64,000 bases of DNA from Nitrospirales bacterium (GTDB lineage: Bacteria > Nitrospirota > Nitrospiria > Nitrospirales > UBA8639), in NCBI GenBank assembly GCA_965203295.1, contig CBDBCZ010000017.1, positions 2,112,001 through 2,176,000 on the forward strand, written 5' to 3'. Both the position numbers and the translations under genes were made by a program. Under the pieces are notes generated by a model. It saw only the letters and a program-made list of their open reading frames with translations. It had not been told where the DNA came from and did not search any database. The stretch's first letter is position 1; the number at the start of each line of letters is the position of its first letter. Of the stretch, positions 50,923 to 63,166 are shown in pieces.

Positions 50923-53900
50923 CTGAGATTGGAAACAGGTTGGCATGGCAATGTAAGCTTCAGAACGTATTTCTCCAACTTGTGAGGGAAATCAAGGCTA
51001 GTAGTGGACAGCATGTGGTGTGTGGGGGGTTGAAAAATGTCCAAAGATGTAGTAATCTGTAAAAGAATTTCGGTACCATGATTGGTTGTTTTTTATGGAT
51101 TCCATCCCTACATGTTCTTTAAGTGTTTTTCTTTTAAAACCTATGTAGCTGTTTCTGTCCTTTATCAATGGAAAGAAGAGTATGGATGGTTGTGCAAACA
51201 GTATTATTAGGTAATCATGATTACTATGCTCTGGAGTTATGCATCAGTGAACTCTGTCAAGTTCCTATAGAGAACGTCGAACACACACACAGCAATCTCA
51301 ATTCACATCACAACAGGGGGCTCACACACGCTTGCCCCTAAAATTTTCAGCCTTCAATTACGGAGAAAATTGTTCGCCATGTCTTGCGGTCTTGTTAAAT
51401 GGGCTGGCCGAATCTTAGCTAGTACTTTCCTATCTTGTTCACATTCAATTCTCAGTTTCTACAAAATTCAACTACCGTAGTGACCGGTTAATAAGCGCAC
51501 ACAGCTATTAGGCGCATGTTTTATAACAAGTGCATACTTCCTACGTATTAGTTAATTGCCCTACTGAAAATATTTGACAAGATCCTACCAAAATCTTGAA
51601 GATAACCTTGCAAGAATCTCATGTGATTCTTGCATAGAATCTTTCAGATTCTTGCAAGGTTTTGGAACACATCTTGAGAAGATCTTTTAGGATTCTTGGC
51701 AGGGATTCTCAAGAATCGTGAAAGTTCCTTGGAAGAATCCTGCCAGATCATCCCAGAAACCACACAGAATCTTGGGAAACCCCAAAGAATCTTGGCAAGT
51801 CTTGCCATGAATCTTGCTAAATCCTCCCAGAAACTACAAAGGTTCTTGGCATGCATCTCCCATGAATCTTAGTTAATCCTGCCAGGATTTTTGTTGAATC
51901 TTCCAAGAATCTTATCTTAATACATGTGGCGCATGCGCTTGTTACACGTGCTAAAATCGCCGAAAGGTCAGAGTCAGTACTGTTTTTGTGAGTGAGCTTG
52001 AGATCGAGATTGAGATGGCACGGGCAGAAGCACCTGTAACCCAACCGTGCCTTAAAAAGTGTCAAATCTTACGCTACAGTTCTCGAGAGACGTGCCTACT
52101 TTTACCGCTCTAGGCTTCAAAAGGCACACAGCAAACCGATTACGTTCACTCTCCTCCTCGCGTAAAAGTACCTTGCCAATAATAGGGGACCACCCTCTCT
52201 TATAGATATGGTGGCCGCGCACAACACTCTCGTGCAGGTACACACCATCTTCATCTGTCAGACTTGAGCTCGCCTTTGCCAATATCCACACGGTGATACT
52301 AATTCCGATAACTCATACCGGGAACCGCGATTACCGCTAGCAAGCGCTTACGTAATTATCGTTAATAAGCGCATACCGACTAATAAGCGCACGGTTTCTT
52401 ACCGCTGTCTACGATAGGCGCATGCGCTTATTAACCAGTCACTACGGTAGTCCATGCAATCACACGTGCTAATACTGTAGCATTCTCACACTTGTACCAC
52501 AATGCCCTGTATTCACGTAGTGCATGCTACCACAACACTGACTATTAGCTATCAGAGTCACGGGATGGTCAAAATTAGCCAGTGTTGGTGGATTTGTAGT
52601 ACTGCTACCAAGGGAGGCTTGAGGTCTTGTAGTCAGTATAAAGCTATGAGCACTCGAAGGTAGCTGATTAAGAGCAATGTGGCAACACATACACACACTC
52701 GGTCCCTACATCCCTACATGTTCTTAAAGTGTTTTTCCTTTAACCTAGCTGTTTCTGTCCTTTATCAATGGAAAAAGGCAACACACACACACACACACAC
52801 TCGGTTCCTTGCATGAAAATACAGCAGAGCACTCTGGATACACTCTCCAGCATTTTATCACAACATGTAGTAGGCTATAAAAGGAGTTCAGGAAATAAGG
52901 CTATTCCTTTGATCTACTCTTGCAACGTACTGGCAACCTCATTCCCAGGCCTTCCCCCTTGGGCTGCAAGACAAAAGCTAGGGCAGGAAGGAGTGGATCT
53001 GAGACTATAGGACCTTCCTTAAAAATGCAGCTCTTGTTCAAAACACTATGTGGGTGGACGCTACAATTAAGGTGCATGAATACTATATACTAGAGCCTGG
53101 CGTAATTCCACTTGCAGCTGCTTTCCCCCTGATGGTAGAGTTGTTAATGTAGCTTGTAACTGTAGTTACCCGCATGCGTATGCAAGTAGGTTATTTAAGT
53201 AATTGCTCCTGTTCATCTGTTTGTCGTCAGTCCAGAGAGAAGAAAGAGAATTAAAGGATTTAAGACCTTTATAAGCAGCATAACAAAAAGAGCAAAACAA
53301 AACAGCCATAATGTACGTGTACCTGATCAAAGCAGTTTTTTATGCTAGCATTTTCTATTCTTCATAACACTGGCCCTACCTCTTCACAATCACAGAAATG
53401 AGAAACTTAGAACTTTACAATTGGAGAGGCATGTATACTTTCTATTTATTTATTCGTAATACGTGGCTCCACCTTTTTACGAGCACTTGTTTTTTTTTCT
53501 CGATAGGTGCTCATAGTCCATTTTAGTGATCCTCAACATGATAGTAACACACAGGGTAAGCACTTACTGTCTATATTACTTTAAGGTATTACGGCATTGG
53601 AGATTGTGTACAACAGTACTGTTCAGATCTGACAAATTTGAGGTCATCAGGCGTTTACGAGATAAAACATAGTTTGCAGTTTACTAATCCAGCAAAGGAA
53701 GTCAGCAAAAACTGTTGTTGTCCACATTAATAGCATGCTCATGCATGCATTCAATATACATTAGAGCCCCCAGCAGGCCAACACTCATTGCAATCATATC
53801 AGTGAGGTGGCCAGAACCCCAATCATAGTGAACACAAAACAGTGGGGCAACTCACTACCCAAACCACAGCCAAAATGCCACCAGAAGCCCCTTCCAATTA

Positions 53901-55132
53901 TCGAACACAGGACCTTCCTAACCTAGCTCACAATAGATACAATTGCAGGCATATTGTTTTCACCAATGATACTGTCTACTATCTGTAAACACCATCTACC
54001 TAGCTAGCTAGTCCTATCATATAATGTTTGAGGGAGAGATATTTTGTGGATCACAAGAATGCACATTCAAATGAAAAACTTGGTGGAAATATCTTTGCGA
54101 TTCCGCTGCAGCAAGGCCATGCCTACTATCTTTGAGTTTAGAGAAGGAAAGGCGTCATGCTTAGCTGCCCTTTTACCAATTCCGGCAATTTAACATGCTC
54201 TCTGGTCTTCCGGCAGTTTTTTTTTCGAAGCGGTCATACGGCCTATGCTGAGCACTGTCCTACCTCCTTGTCTCCACTGCCAATGCCGCAGCTGAAATGG
54301 CGGGAGCAGATACTACCACTAAAAGTAGACCATTGGGCAAAGATAATGCTGACTACACGCGTGGAACATATCAGTACAGTGCCATCACAGCACACTGAGA
54401 CTAGCTTAGTACATGCCGAATGCTGATGATTTTAAATTTTCACAAACAATATTTTCGTGTACAGTTACAAAGCTGTGAAATTTACGAAACTACTCTCCCT
54501 CAAAGAAATCCCACTATACGGTAGCTAATATTTATTAGAGACAGTTAGACTTCAAGACAGCAGTCTTAGCTTTGTTCCCAGTCTCCACTGCTAGCTCTTT
54601 TTTAGTATGTTGGAAAGTAAGTAGCACATTATATGAAAATAAAGGTAGTGGAGCCTGGGCTGGGAGTGCTTGCACTCTCATATGGACGCAGGACTAGTAT
54701 TTGTGGAGCCGCACAGTGGGAATGCGCAGCTTCGTTCCCAGGCCATATTTGGTTAGTAATACATAAAACTCATCACAGTGCCTGGTGAGTAAAGTCACAC
54801 GCACAGGACAAAGAGAAAGGAAGTAGAAAGGTATAGACTGGGGGTGAGCACAGCTGCAATTCTCAGATGAGTGAAGGTAGCAAATCCGTGGCTAATCTTC
54901 ATAGCCCGTTTGTGTCACAGACTTATTGCTGAAACAGGGTCTCTGGTAGAATGTAGAGAAACACAGCCATCGTTTGATTAGTTCCTACCCATAGAGATAC
55001 CAGGCGCTACTAGTGAACCAGGACCAGGAAAAAGTTTGGATAGTGTAAGGTTAGGGTACAGAGCTGTTTCAGAGACATTTCCAGAACTGTGTGATGACAT
55101 GTTCTACATAACCCACCCCCAAACACACGCAT

Positions 55133-55203
55133 AAATCCCATACAAGTATGGGCTTCCAAAAATTCGCTATGGATCTGATTGATAAACTGATGTTTCACAT
55201 GCT
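55133..55203 (-). ncRNA. Sm-site small RNA gene, type B
   Basis: AGCAUGUGAAACAUCAGUUUAUCAAUCAGAUCCAUAGCG-AAUUUUUGG-AAGCCCAUACUUGUAUGGGAUUU. TATAAAA 55225-55231, PSE-like 55250-55262, SPH-like element at about 55285-55296. Confidence 0.68.
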
Positions 55204-57242
55204 CTCTGGTCTGGGAGAAGCTACTTTTATAGCCCCACTGTGAGCAAGTCTCTTGTGGGTTTGGTACTAGTAATGATATTCATTCACCCAGAATGTAATT
55301 ATGATCACAGTAACAGTTACAGCTAACTCTCAGGGCATCAGGTGGAGCCTGAGTGGCCAGACACAGTGGCCCAGCAGGGGAGCCGGCCAGTCTGGCAGGG
55401 CACTGGACCAATGTTCACGCTGAGTTTACATCATGGCTTCTGCTGCTGAGCGTGCTGGTAGGACTCAATGACAGCAAAGATCCATCCATCCAATTGCAAG
55501 AGCTTCGCATTTCGAAATCGGTGACAAAAAGTTAGTCTGGCCCTTAAGACTACGACAGGGTGCTAATCCTTCATCAATCGAGCCCTTGTCTAGGCTCCAC
55601 CCTTTATTGAACGGGAGGGGATGAAACGATTTCTATGCACATAAGCCAAGTGACACTGTCCACACTACTCTATGGTATACAAACCACATGGGATTGTGGG
55701 AATGGTATTTCACATCTGGAGATTACTTTTGGAAGTTTGAGCTAAAGGCTCTGATACTGTGCAGCATGTGGGCAGTACTGATTCGTAAAGACTCCATGAG
55801 AGCCATTCCTAATCCCTTAAAAAGCGTAATAACAAGTCTGGCATTTCATGTCTAAAAACCAGCCAGGCATCTTTCCCGTACAATACACACAACTCAGCTC
55901 AGGCCCAAGCTAACTGCAGCTGTAGAACTACAAACTATACTACAATAGGGATTCTGCAGAAACTGATAAGCAATCGAACGCAGTACAGCAAAAGTGCTGA
56001 CTCAGTAGTTTCGTTGTGTACTTCCAGTTAGTAGCTACATGCCACGAAAACAGGATCTTTATGGCTGCCTACCAAGTTTTTGCCATCTAGGCAACACACA
56101 ACCACCTTTATTTGCTGTAGCTTGGCCTGCAAACCTATAAAAGCTGCTATATAATGCAGTTGCATAGAAATGTATGACGTAACATATTGCACACGTGATA
56201 AGTGTGGACGCACAAACAGACAAACCAACACGGAAAACGTAAAGCAATCTTAGGACCAGCTGTTTGCGGGCTGCGTGCACTCCGGCTGGTAAAAAATTTA
56301 TAAGCTTTGGGTGGGGAGGGAGGGAGAATAACACTTCAGCCGAACTAATGCTAAAGTGCTTCCGGTGCCCCTGCCCAGATGTAGAGAGTGCAGTATAATT
56401 GAATGAAAGCATAATCAAAATTAATATCTTTGGAGCTAAGCTTTCTTAGTTACAGAGCTTCACTTAAAGTATTATGCTAATTAAAAAGCTTAATACGTAT
56501 CCCATAGTGTGCATGCACATTATGTACCACCAAGTGGGGGTATCAAAGGAACGACCATATGCTCATATTCAGTGAGATTGTCATGTGTTGTACAATTTCA
56601 ACAATATTGAATGCTGCACTGCCCAAAAAAGCATTTTACAAAGCCAAAGTAGAGAATTTACAAAGCAGAAGTAAATAGTACACAAAGCCTAATTAATTAA
56701 ACGGTGTAATGGGCTCAGTTTGGCAGTAAAAAAACAAAGCTATCAAAACTACTACATACCCAGAAGTATTCCAGCAAGGCTTGAAGGGCTACTTAGCAGT
56801 CAAATTAGCCTGAGACTAGCACTTTGGCACAAAACGATGGGATGGCAATGTGGCTACATATATACACACAGAGATACAATGAAACTAGGCATAGACGCTG
56901 AGATGAAGAGTAGTTTACTACATCGATTTGCGAGCAAGTAAATGCAACATATCCTTCATAAGTTACGTATGTGAAGCAGAGTGAGGTCAGTACTTGGGCT
57001 CAGGATCTCAGACAGCATTCGGTACACCAACCACGCTACATACATGTACACACTTGTGCTCCAAATATCTGACAACTGCTATGCACATGGTTTATGGGAG
57101 TATAACCCTCGAGCCTGCGGCCCTCGCGGCGTATTCCCAAAAATCCTCCTCCACAGCAGGTGGTATATCACTGATATACACCTCCTGAACATGATTTCTT
57201 GTAATCTTTGGAGCCAACAAAGCCTTCTCATTAGGGTGCAGT

Positions 57243-57272
57243 AGGCCGCTTTTCACAGGCCTCCAACAATTT
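57243..57272 (-). pseudogene. 3' remnant of an Sm-site small RNA gene
   Basis: AAUUGUUGG followed by AGGCC...GGCCU hairpin. The 5' part and promoter are deleted relative to the paralogue at 38168-38320. Confidence 0.4.
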
Positions 57273-57715
57273 TCTGGCAGTTGTCCATGCCCTGGAGAAG
57301 TTCCTCATTCCCACAATACAACTCTCGTGCTTCATACAAGTCTCACACCGCAACACAGCCACGAGCGTCTTGGCCACTTATATCGGTCTACTTCAAACCA
57401 CATCGGGTAATAATCTAGCCAATGTGATCTACGAGATTTAGCATCCTTTGAGACCTTATTAGTGTCCTCCCCTAAACTCCAGAAAGTAGATTGACTTATG
57501 AAACCAGTTAGCTGGTATCAAACCCACAAGTGCCTTGCTTACTGTGAGCAAGGCACTTGTGGGTTTAATACAAATACATACATTAATTCACCCAGAATGC
57601 AATTACTATGGTTACAGCTCACTCTCAGTGCACCAGATGTAGAAAGTGTATGCTGGTCCAATATCTTAAGAAGATAGGTTAGCTAGTACACACCTAGCCC
57701 GACATAATACTGTAT

Positions 57716-58905
57716 CCAAAAAGTGCAAAAACCAGTCATGTAGGGATGCTCTACCAGCAAAAAACACTTCCCCAAAAAGCTACGAAACAAGCGACAATGC
57801 ACACCGGAAGGCATGCACAGACTACCCACACATCACAGCGCGATGCATTCACCGCGTACCTACCATCCCTACATCTTTCCAACCACACCCCTCCAATGAT
57901 ATCTATGTGAGATGGGAATAGTGGTAGTGTCTGTGTGTATATGTGCTGCTAATGAGTGAGTGTGTTGGCGCATGGTAGGTGAAAGTGTTGATTGTGTAGA
58001 TATTGGACAAGTGAGTGGTTGAGGGTGGTGTTTGTATAGGGTTTGGGAGTGTTTGGAGATGCATAGTTGAGTGTTGTGGTGTGAGTAGATGTTCTTTATA
58101 GGGGAGGTCGATGTGGGTGCAAGTGTTCGGTAAATGGGAGTTGTGGAGTTAAATGTGGTGTGTTGTTCGTATTGGGTGAAGGTTTGTTGCGTTGATATTC
58201 ATTGGGAGTGTTGCGTGTTGTGGATATTACTCTGGTTGGTTTATGCTTTGTGAGTGGGATTTATGGAGCAGAGTGGGTTTTGATGGGAGTAGTGTTGCTA
58301 TGGAGATCTGGGTTGGCTGTAGCGTGGGGCGTTGTGTTTGGAAAGTATGCAATCGTTGTGGATTTGGATGTGAGGGTGGTTGTGGTATCACGATTGAGGA
58401 TGGTGATGATTGTGGATGGTGGTGTGTGTTGAGGGGTGCTGTGTATGGATGTGTGGTATGGTTTGTGATGGGTGTGGTTGGAAAGATGTAGGGATGGTAG
58501 GTACGTGGTGAATGCATCGCGCTGTGATGTGTGGGTAGTCTGTGCATGCCTTCCGGTGTGCATTGTCGCTTGTTTCGTAGCTTTTTGGGGAAGTGTTTTT
58601 TGCTGGTAGAGCATCCCTACATGACTGGTTTTTGCACTTTTTGGAAAGTGCTTTTTCTGTAACTTGTTTTGGGGCGTTTTTTTGGGGAGATGGCATGAAA
58701 GGGTTTGGAGTGTTACGGAGTGTTGATGTTATTATGAGTGGGGTTGGCCGGTAGATTTCTGAGTTTGGATTGTTTTGTGTTTGTGTACAAGGATGTACAT
58801 GTGGCGTGTTTTATTAAGAAGTGTTGTGATGCATAGTGTTGCAGATGTATAGTATGTGAACATGTTGGTACGAGTAGAATGATACTGGGTGTTGTTGAGG
58901 TCATC
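57716..58905. mobile_element. GT-skewed retroelement-like fragment with a 175 bp inverted repeat
   Basis: 57716-57890 is the reverse complement of 58470-58644. Strong strand asymmetry. Absent from the duplicate near 39612. Confidence 0.45.
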
Positions 58906-61578
58906 AGTATAAAGTGCAGAGTTGTGTTGGGTGAATTGGGTGAGAAGCGTCCTCAAATGCCTGCTTGAGGTGAACTATGGCAGCTACTTCTGTTTCAGTG
59001 ACTGTGTTGCACTCACTACTACAGTGCCATTTAACAGGCTGCTGCGGGCCATTACTGCCTTCATATTCAGAGCTGCTGATTTCATTGGCAACTACACATC
59101 TGCCATTTGTCATCAATGGGAAGTGCACAGGCTCTCTGAACATGCTGAGTCGTTGAACTAGTGCATACTGCATGCAAAGTACCTTGTAATTCCAAGAAGA
59201 TCAGCAAACACACGAATTTCCGGCACATTTGCATGAGAAAAGGACTGAACAGCACAATCCAAGGTAGGCTTTAAATAGACCACTGAACACGCGCTGGCAG
59301 GCATTTTGCGCATGCGTATCCTACAGTAAAATGGCGCGTGAGTGGTAAGCGTCCATTCGAGAGTGCTCGTTATCACTGCCAGACGAAATCGAGTTCTTTG
59401 AAAACGCTATGCCCAAAAGGCACTACCCGAGGGTTAATCATGCCCGTTCGTGTTGGAATCTTTTTAATCGCTCCACCCGTTATTGCACTAGCCTGGCTGA
59501 AAGAAGAAGAACCAGAATTATATGACGAAGACGAACAAGATGGACTATAATGCGGTTTTAACCACTTGCCGCTTTGGTACTTCAGAGGTCTTCTTTAGCA
59601 GAGCTAACAGTCTGGTTAGTGATGACAGCGCTCGACAATAACTGGTAGGGCTCATAGTAGCCCTAGACTACACCTACAGCAGAGTTTTGAACATGTCATT
59701 TTGTACGCATTTAATGGGGAAGCCATTTTTTTCCAGGGCCATCCCTACATATGGAGTACTACCGTACTCCATGATAGAGCGTAAATTTAGTGGGTCATTA
59801 ATTTCACGAATTTCGCGAATTTGGAACGATTCGCAAAAATTATTTCAACAAAATTTTGTATACTTCTGCTAGTATGCATAGATAGATAGTAGAGTGCATG
59901 TGCCTATGTTTTTGGTATTTCAAGAGCGTGGATGGGCAGTAGTATCCGGGGTCCAAGTTGCCAGAGCGCTCTCAAAACAAGTACCCTCGTTCGCGATTTC
60001 TGCGGCAAACAGCGAAGTCGCTGTACTTCAGCTGTCTGCCTGCGCGAAGGTCAGGAGAGCATACCTGAAAATGAGCGCGAAGAAGGCTGAAATTGGAAAA
60101 TGAGCGGCGGAGCGTGGAGTGCTAGCCACCATTCACTACTTAAGCTTCCTTTAAATCTGTGCACATAGTAACTCAGGCACGCTCTGCCTATAAATTTATT
60201 AGTACGTAGGTGTGGCGAACGAACTCGTGAAATTATTTTAACGAAATGTTCAAAAACGGCTATTCGCGAATTTTTAGACCCACCAAATTTAATTGCTATA
60301 CAGTAGAGTATGACAAGAATTTGGCTACCAATATTAATGTAAACTACCAAACTGTCATTTGTCTATATTGCTACACAATCTGAAAGCGTAAATTTAGGAA
60401 GATCCCCATTTTGTGGGTGGTATTGTCATAGTGAGCTCTTACTGTCACCATTTGATGGGCCTTCCCCGTGCAGTTTACAATAATTTACCAAGGATAGGAT
60501 AGTATAGCAACTCAGCTTAAAGGTGTAATGTCAGAGCTGACATTGACCCCCACCTGGCTACTCTTCAGTGGAAATGGTCAATGTCAGAGCTGACATTGAC
60601 CATTTCCACTGAAGAGTAGCCAGGCGGGGCTGGAACACACCTCAGCCAAAAGGCTCTATGTATGGGCACCTAGCGCTCTGAAGTGAATATGGGTCTCTCC
60701 TATAAAGAAGGCATAATTAAACTAATTATAAGTTTCATAAGAAACAATGCCCCCCCTTCCGAGAAAAGTAAAGCAAGGCCCCGGCAGCCAGACAACCAGT
60801 ACACGCTGTGTGATGGGTGGGGTATGTGTTGCTCCAGCAGGCTGTTGCTGGGTCCTCAGGGAGGAGGAGGAGGAGGAGGTTCCACTGACGCCTCAGACCT
60901 CTCCTGGCATGCATAGATAGATAGTAGAGTGCATGTGCCTATGTTTTTGGTATTCCAAGAGCGTGGATGGGCAGTAGTATCCGGGGTCCAAGTTGCCAGA
61001 GCGCTCTCCAAACAAGTGCCCTCTCCTGGAATATTATTATAATATCTGATTCAGGACAGCTGCAGTCAGCAGAGCTATAGAGTAGAACTCCTCCAAATCA
61101 GGAGTCCCGGGCTCGGACAGGACTGATGTACTTATACTGCTAGTGCTAGGGGATGCTTCGATATCTCAGCAAGTCACAATAGCCTGCAGATGATCAATAT
61201 AGTCACTGATACATCACGGGTACTGACACCACTGGTTAATTTCTACCAAGAGGGTGTACTTTGAGAACCAAACTGAGTATATATAGTAACCAAACTCTCT
61301 CAGTCTCTACAAAACGTAGCTAGCTCGTGCAATCTCACTTGCTAACTCCAATAAGGTTTGCTCATGCTCTCCCCACAATGCTTTGCATTTACCTAGTATA
61401 CACATACCACCAAAGTTGAATAACATCACCACTAGAATCAATGGTATTAGGGAATTGGATCTGTCTTTAGCACAATGATATAAAACATGGTGCTTTTACC
61501 AAGGGTGGCTTGCTGCACTCCAAGGCTGTTGTTTGTAAAGCTATGAGCATTTGAAAACAGCTGATGTAGTAATATACA

Positions 61579-62145
61579 TACCGTAGACTCGGGTTGTTAA
61601 GCGCACCTTTCTTATAAGCGCATACTTTTTTATAAGCGCATACTTACTTCCTGGTTTTTAATACTTGCTGTTAAGCGCATGTGTGTGCCTGATTAAACTT
61701 TGAACTTTGAGCAATTTAAGCACGAGATCGAGATCGCGGCGTGCTATAGTATTGCCGAGTGTTTCACTGGAGAGTCTCACGATGGCTACTGCTGCTGGTG
61801 CTTCTGTCCTTCCCTCGAACGGATCGGGAAAGGCTAAGAGGAAAAGCTATGCAAGAGAGTTCAAGCTGACTGTTGTCAACCACTATCGTGACCACAATAT
61901 TTTGTACCAGGCGTCCAATCGTTGAACGCGAAGACGATTTTGTACGCGTGGTGCCTTCGAATGATGCTTTCGTGAATCAAGATCGTGTCTTCCCCCCTTG
62001 CCATGATAGCTAGCTAGCCATAGATCGAGATGCGACAAGTGGGCGGGACTAATGGGCGGTGCTAGAAATCGCTCTTTTATAAGCGCATATTTCCTTGCCG
62101 CTCAGACTTATAAGCGCATGCGCTTAATAACCCGAGTCTACGGTA
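61579..62145 (+). mobile_element. pogo/Tigger-derived MITE with a transposase N-terminal remnant
   Basis: TACCGTAGACTCGGGTT inverted termini; KRKSYAREFKLTVVNHY resembles a BrkDBD/HTH start. Absent at the paralogous site near 41238. Confidence 0.75.
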
Positions 62146-62214
62146 CCTTGAAGCACTGTGTGCTCCTGTGACCTACACTGGAACAGTACATTCATATTGC
62201 AGTGAGCTATATAT

Positions 62215-62270
62215 AAGCCCTTTAATTAGGCCTCCCAAAAATTCTGGTAACCAAAAGATTGAACATGAGC
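62215..62270 (-). ncRNA. Sm-site small RNA gene (duplicate of 41306-41361)
   Basis: GCUCAUGUUCAAUCUUUUGGUUACCAG-AAUUUUUGG-GAGGCCUAAUUAAAGGGCUU. TATA 62294-62300, perfect PSE-like motif 62318-62330. Confidence 0.68.
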
Positions 62271-63112
62271 AAACAACTACATGCAGCTCCTCCTTATAAA
62301 GGCAGCATTGCTTAAAACACTTGTGGGTTTGTCAGTAATTAGTAATTAAGGTGCATGAATAATGTTATACCTGTCAAGGCTAATATTAAGCAGATTCTTC
62401 CTCTACGTCAAGCGTGCTACTGCAACAGTGAGGTGCTTGGCAGCACACCTCATTACATGGATTTAGTTGTGCTGGCCGACCAACATAAACTTTGGTCTCT
62501 ATTTTTGATTATAGTGATAGCCCAAAGGTTTTATGACTTCTGCAAGACACCAAACTTGAAAAATCGCCTAAATCAGCATCTCTAATTATTTCGAGAGCTG
62601 GTTTAAAAAATGGACAAGCAAGGTACATGTACCTTAAAATATTCCCTTCTAATCAATGATGAGTCACTCCAGGTCTCAGTTCTCACTCACTCCCGGCTTT
62701 AGGTCCTAAGGCGGAAAAGGGGGGGTGGCCAGATCATTTGGGAGCATTTAATTACAGAATCTTTGCAATGGAGAGAATCTATAAAGGTAGTACTGCTCAA
62801 AAACACTTATGGGCTTTAGAAAGCCTCCTAATTAAGATGTATAAATACCCTTGCATCTATCCCGTATGAAGGCGGCAACTCTGGTCAATCTAATGTGAAT
62901 TTCCAAATATTTTTACATTGCACATGTGCTATTGGATTCTGTTATCCACTTCTAGCAGGTAATTTAGACATTAAAGAGCGAAAAAGCTCAATTTTTGACT
63001 GGACAGATAGCCCCCGCCCCCCCCCGCCTAATTATGCAGGCAACTAAAAATACAGCACTGTGTACTCCACACTGCAACAGTACAGTCACCTTTCAATCTC
63101 ATTAACAGTTGT

Positions 63113-63166
63113 AGGCCCTTTAATTAGGCCTTCCAAAAATTGTATATCCCACACAACAAAGAACAT
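63113..63166 (-). ncRNA. Sm-site small RNA gene (duplicate of 42198-42251)
   Basis: Sm site 63133-63141 with AGGCCU/GGGCCU stem. TGTATAAG box at about 63186-63193, PSE-like 63211-63223. Confidence 0.62.

Noticed and set aside
58192..58696. Several overlapping 76-117 aa ORFs
   Set aside because: Low-complexity GT/CA-skewed sequence that is open in many frames, with no recognisable domain.
3991..63166. Spliced-leader RNA interpretation
   Set aside because: There is no shared leader sequence and no conserved GU donor (AG|GUGUU occurs in only two copies). It is not excluded without transcript 5'-end data.
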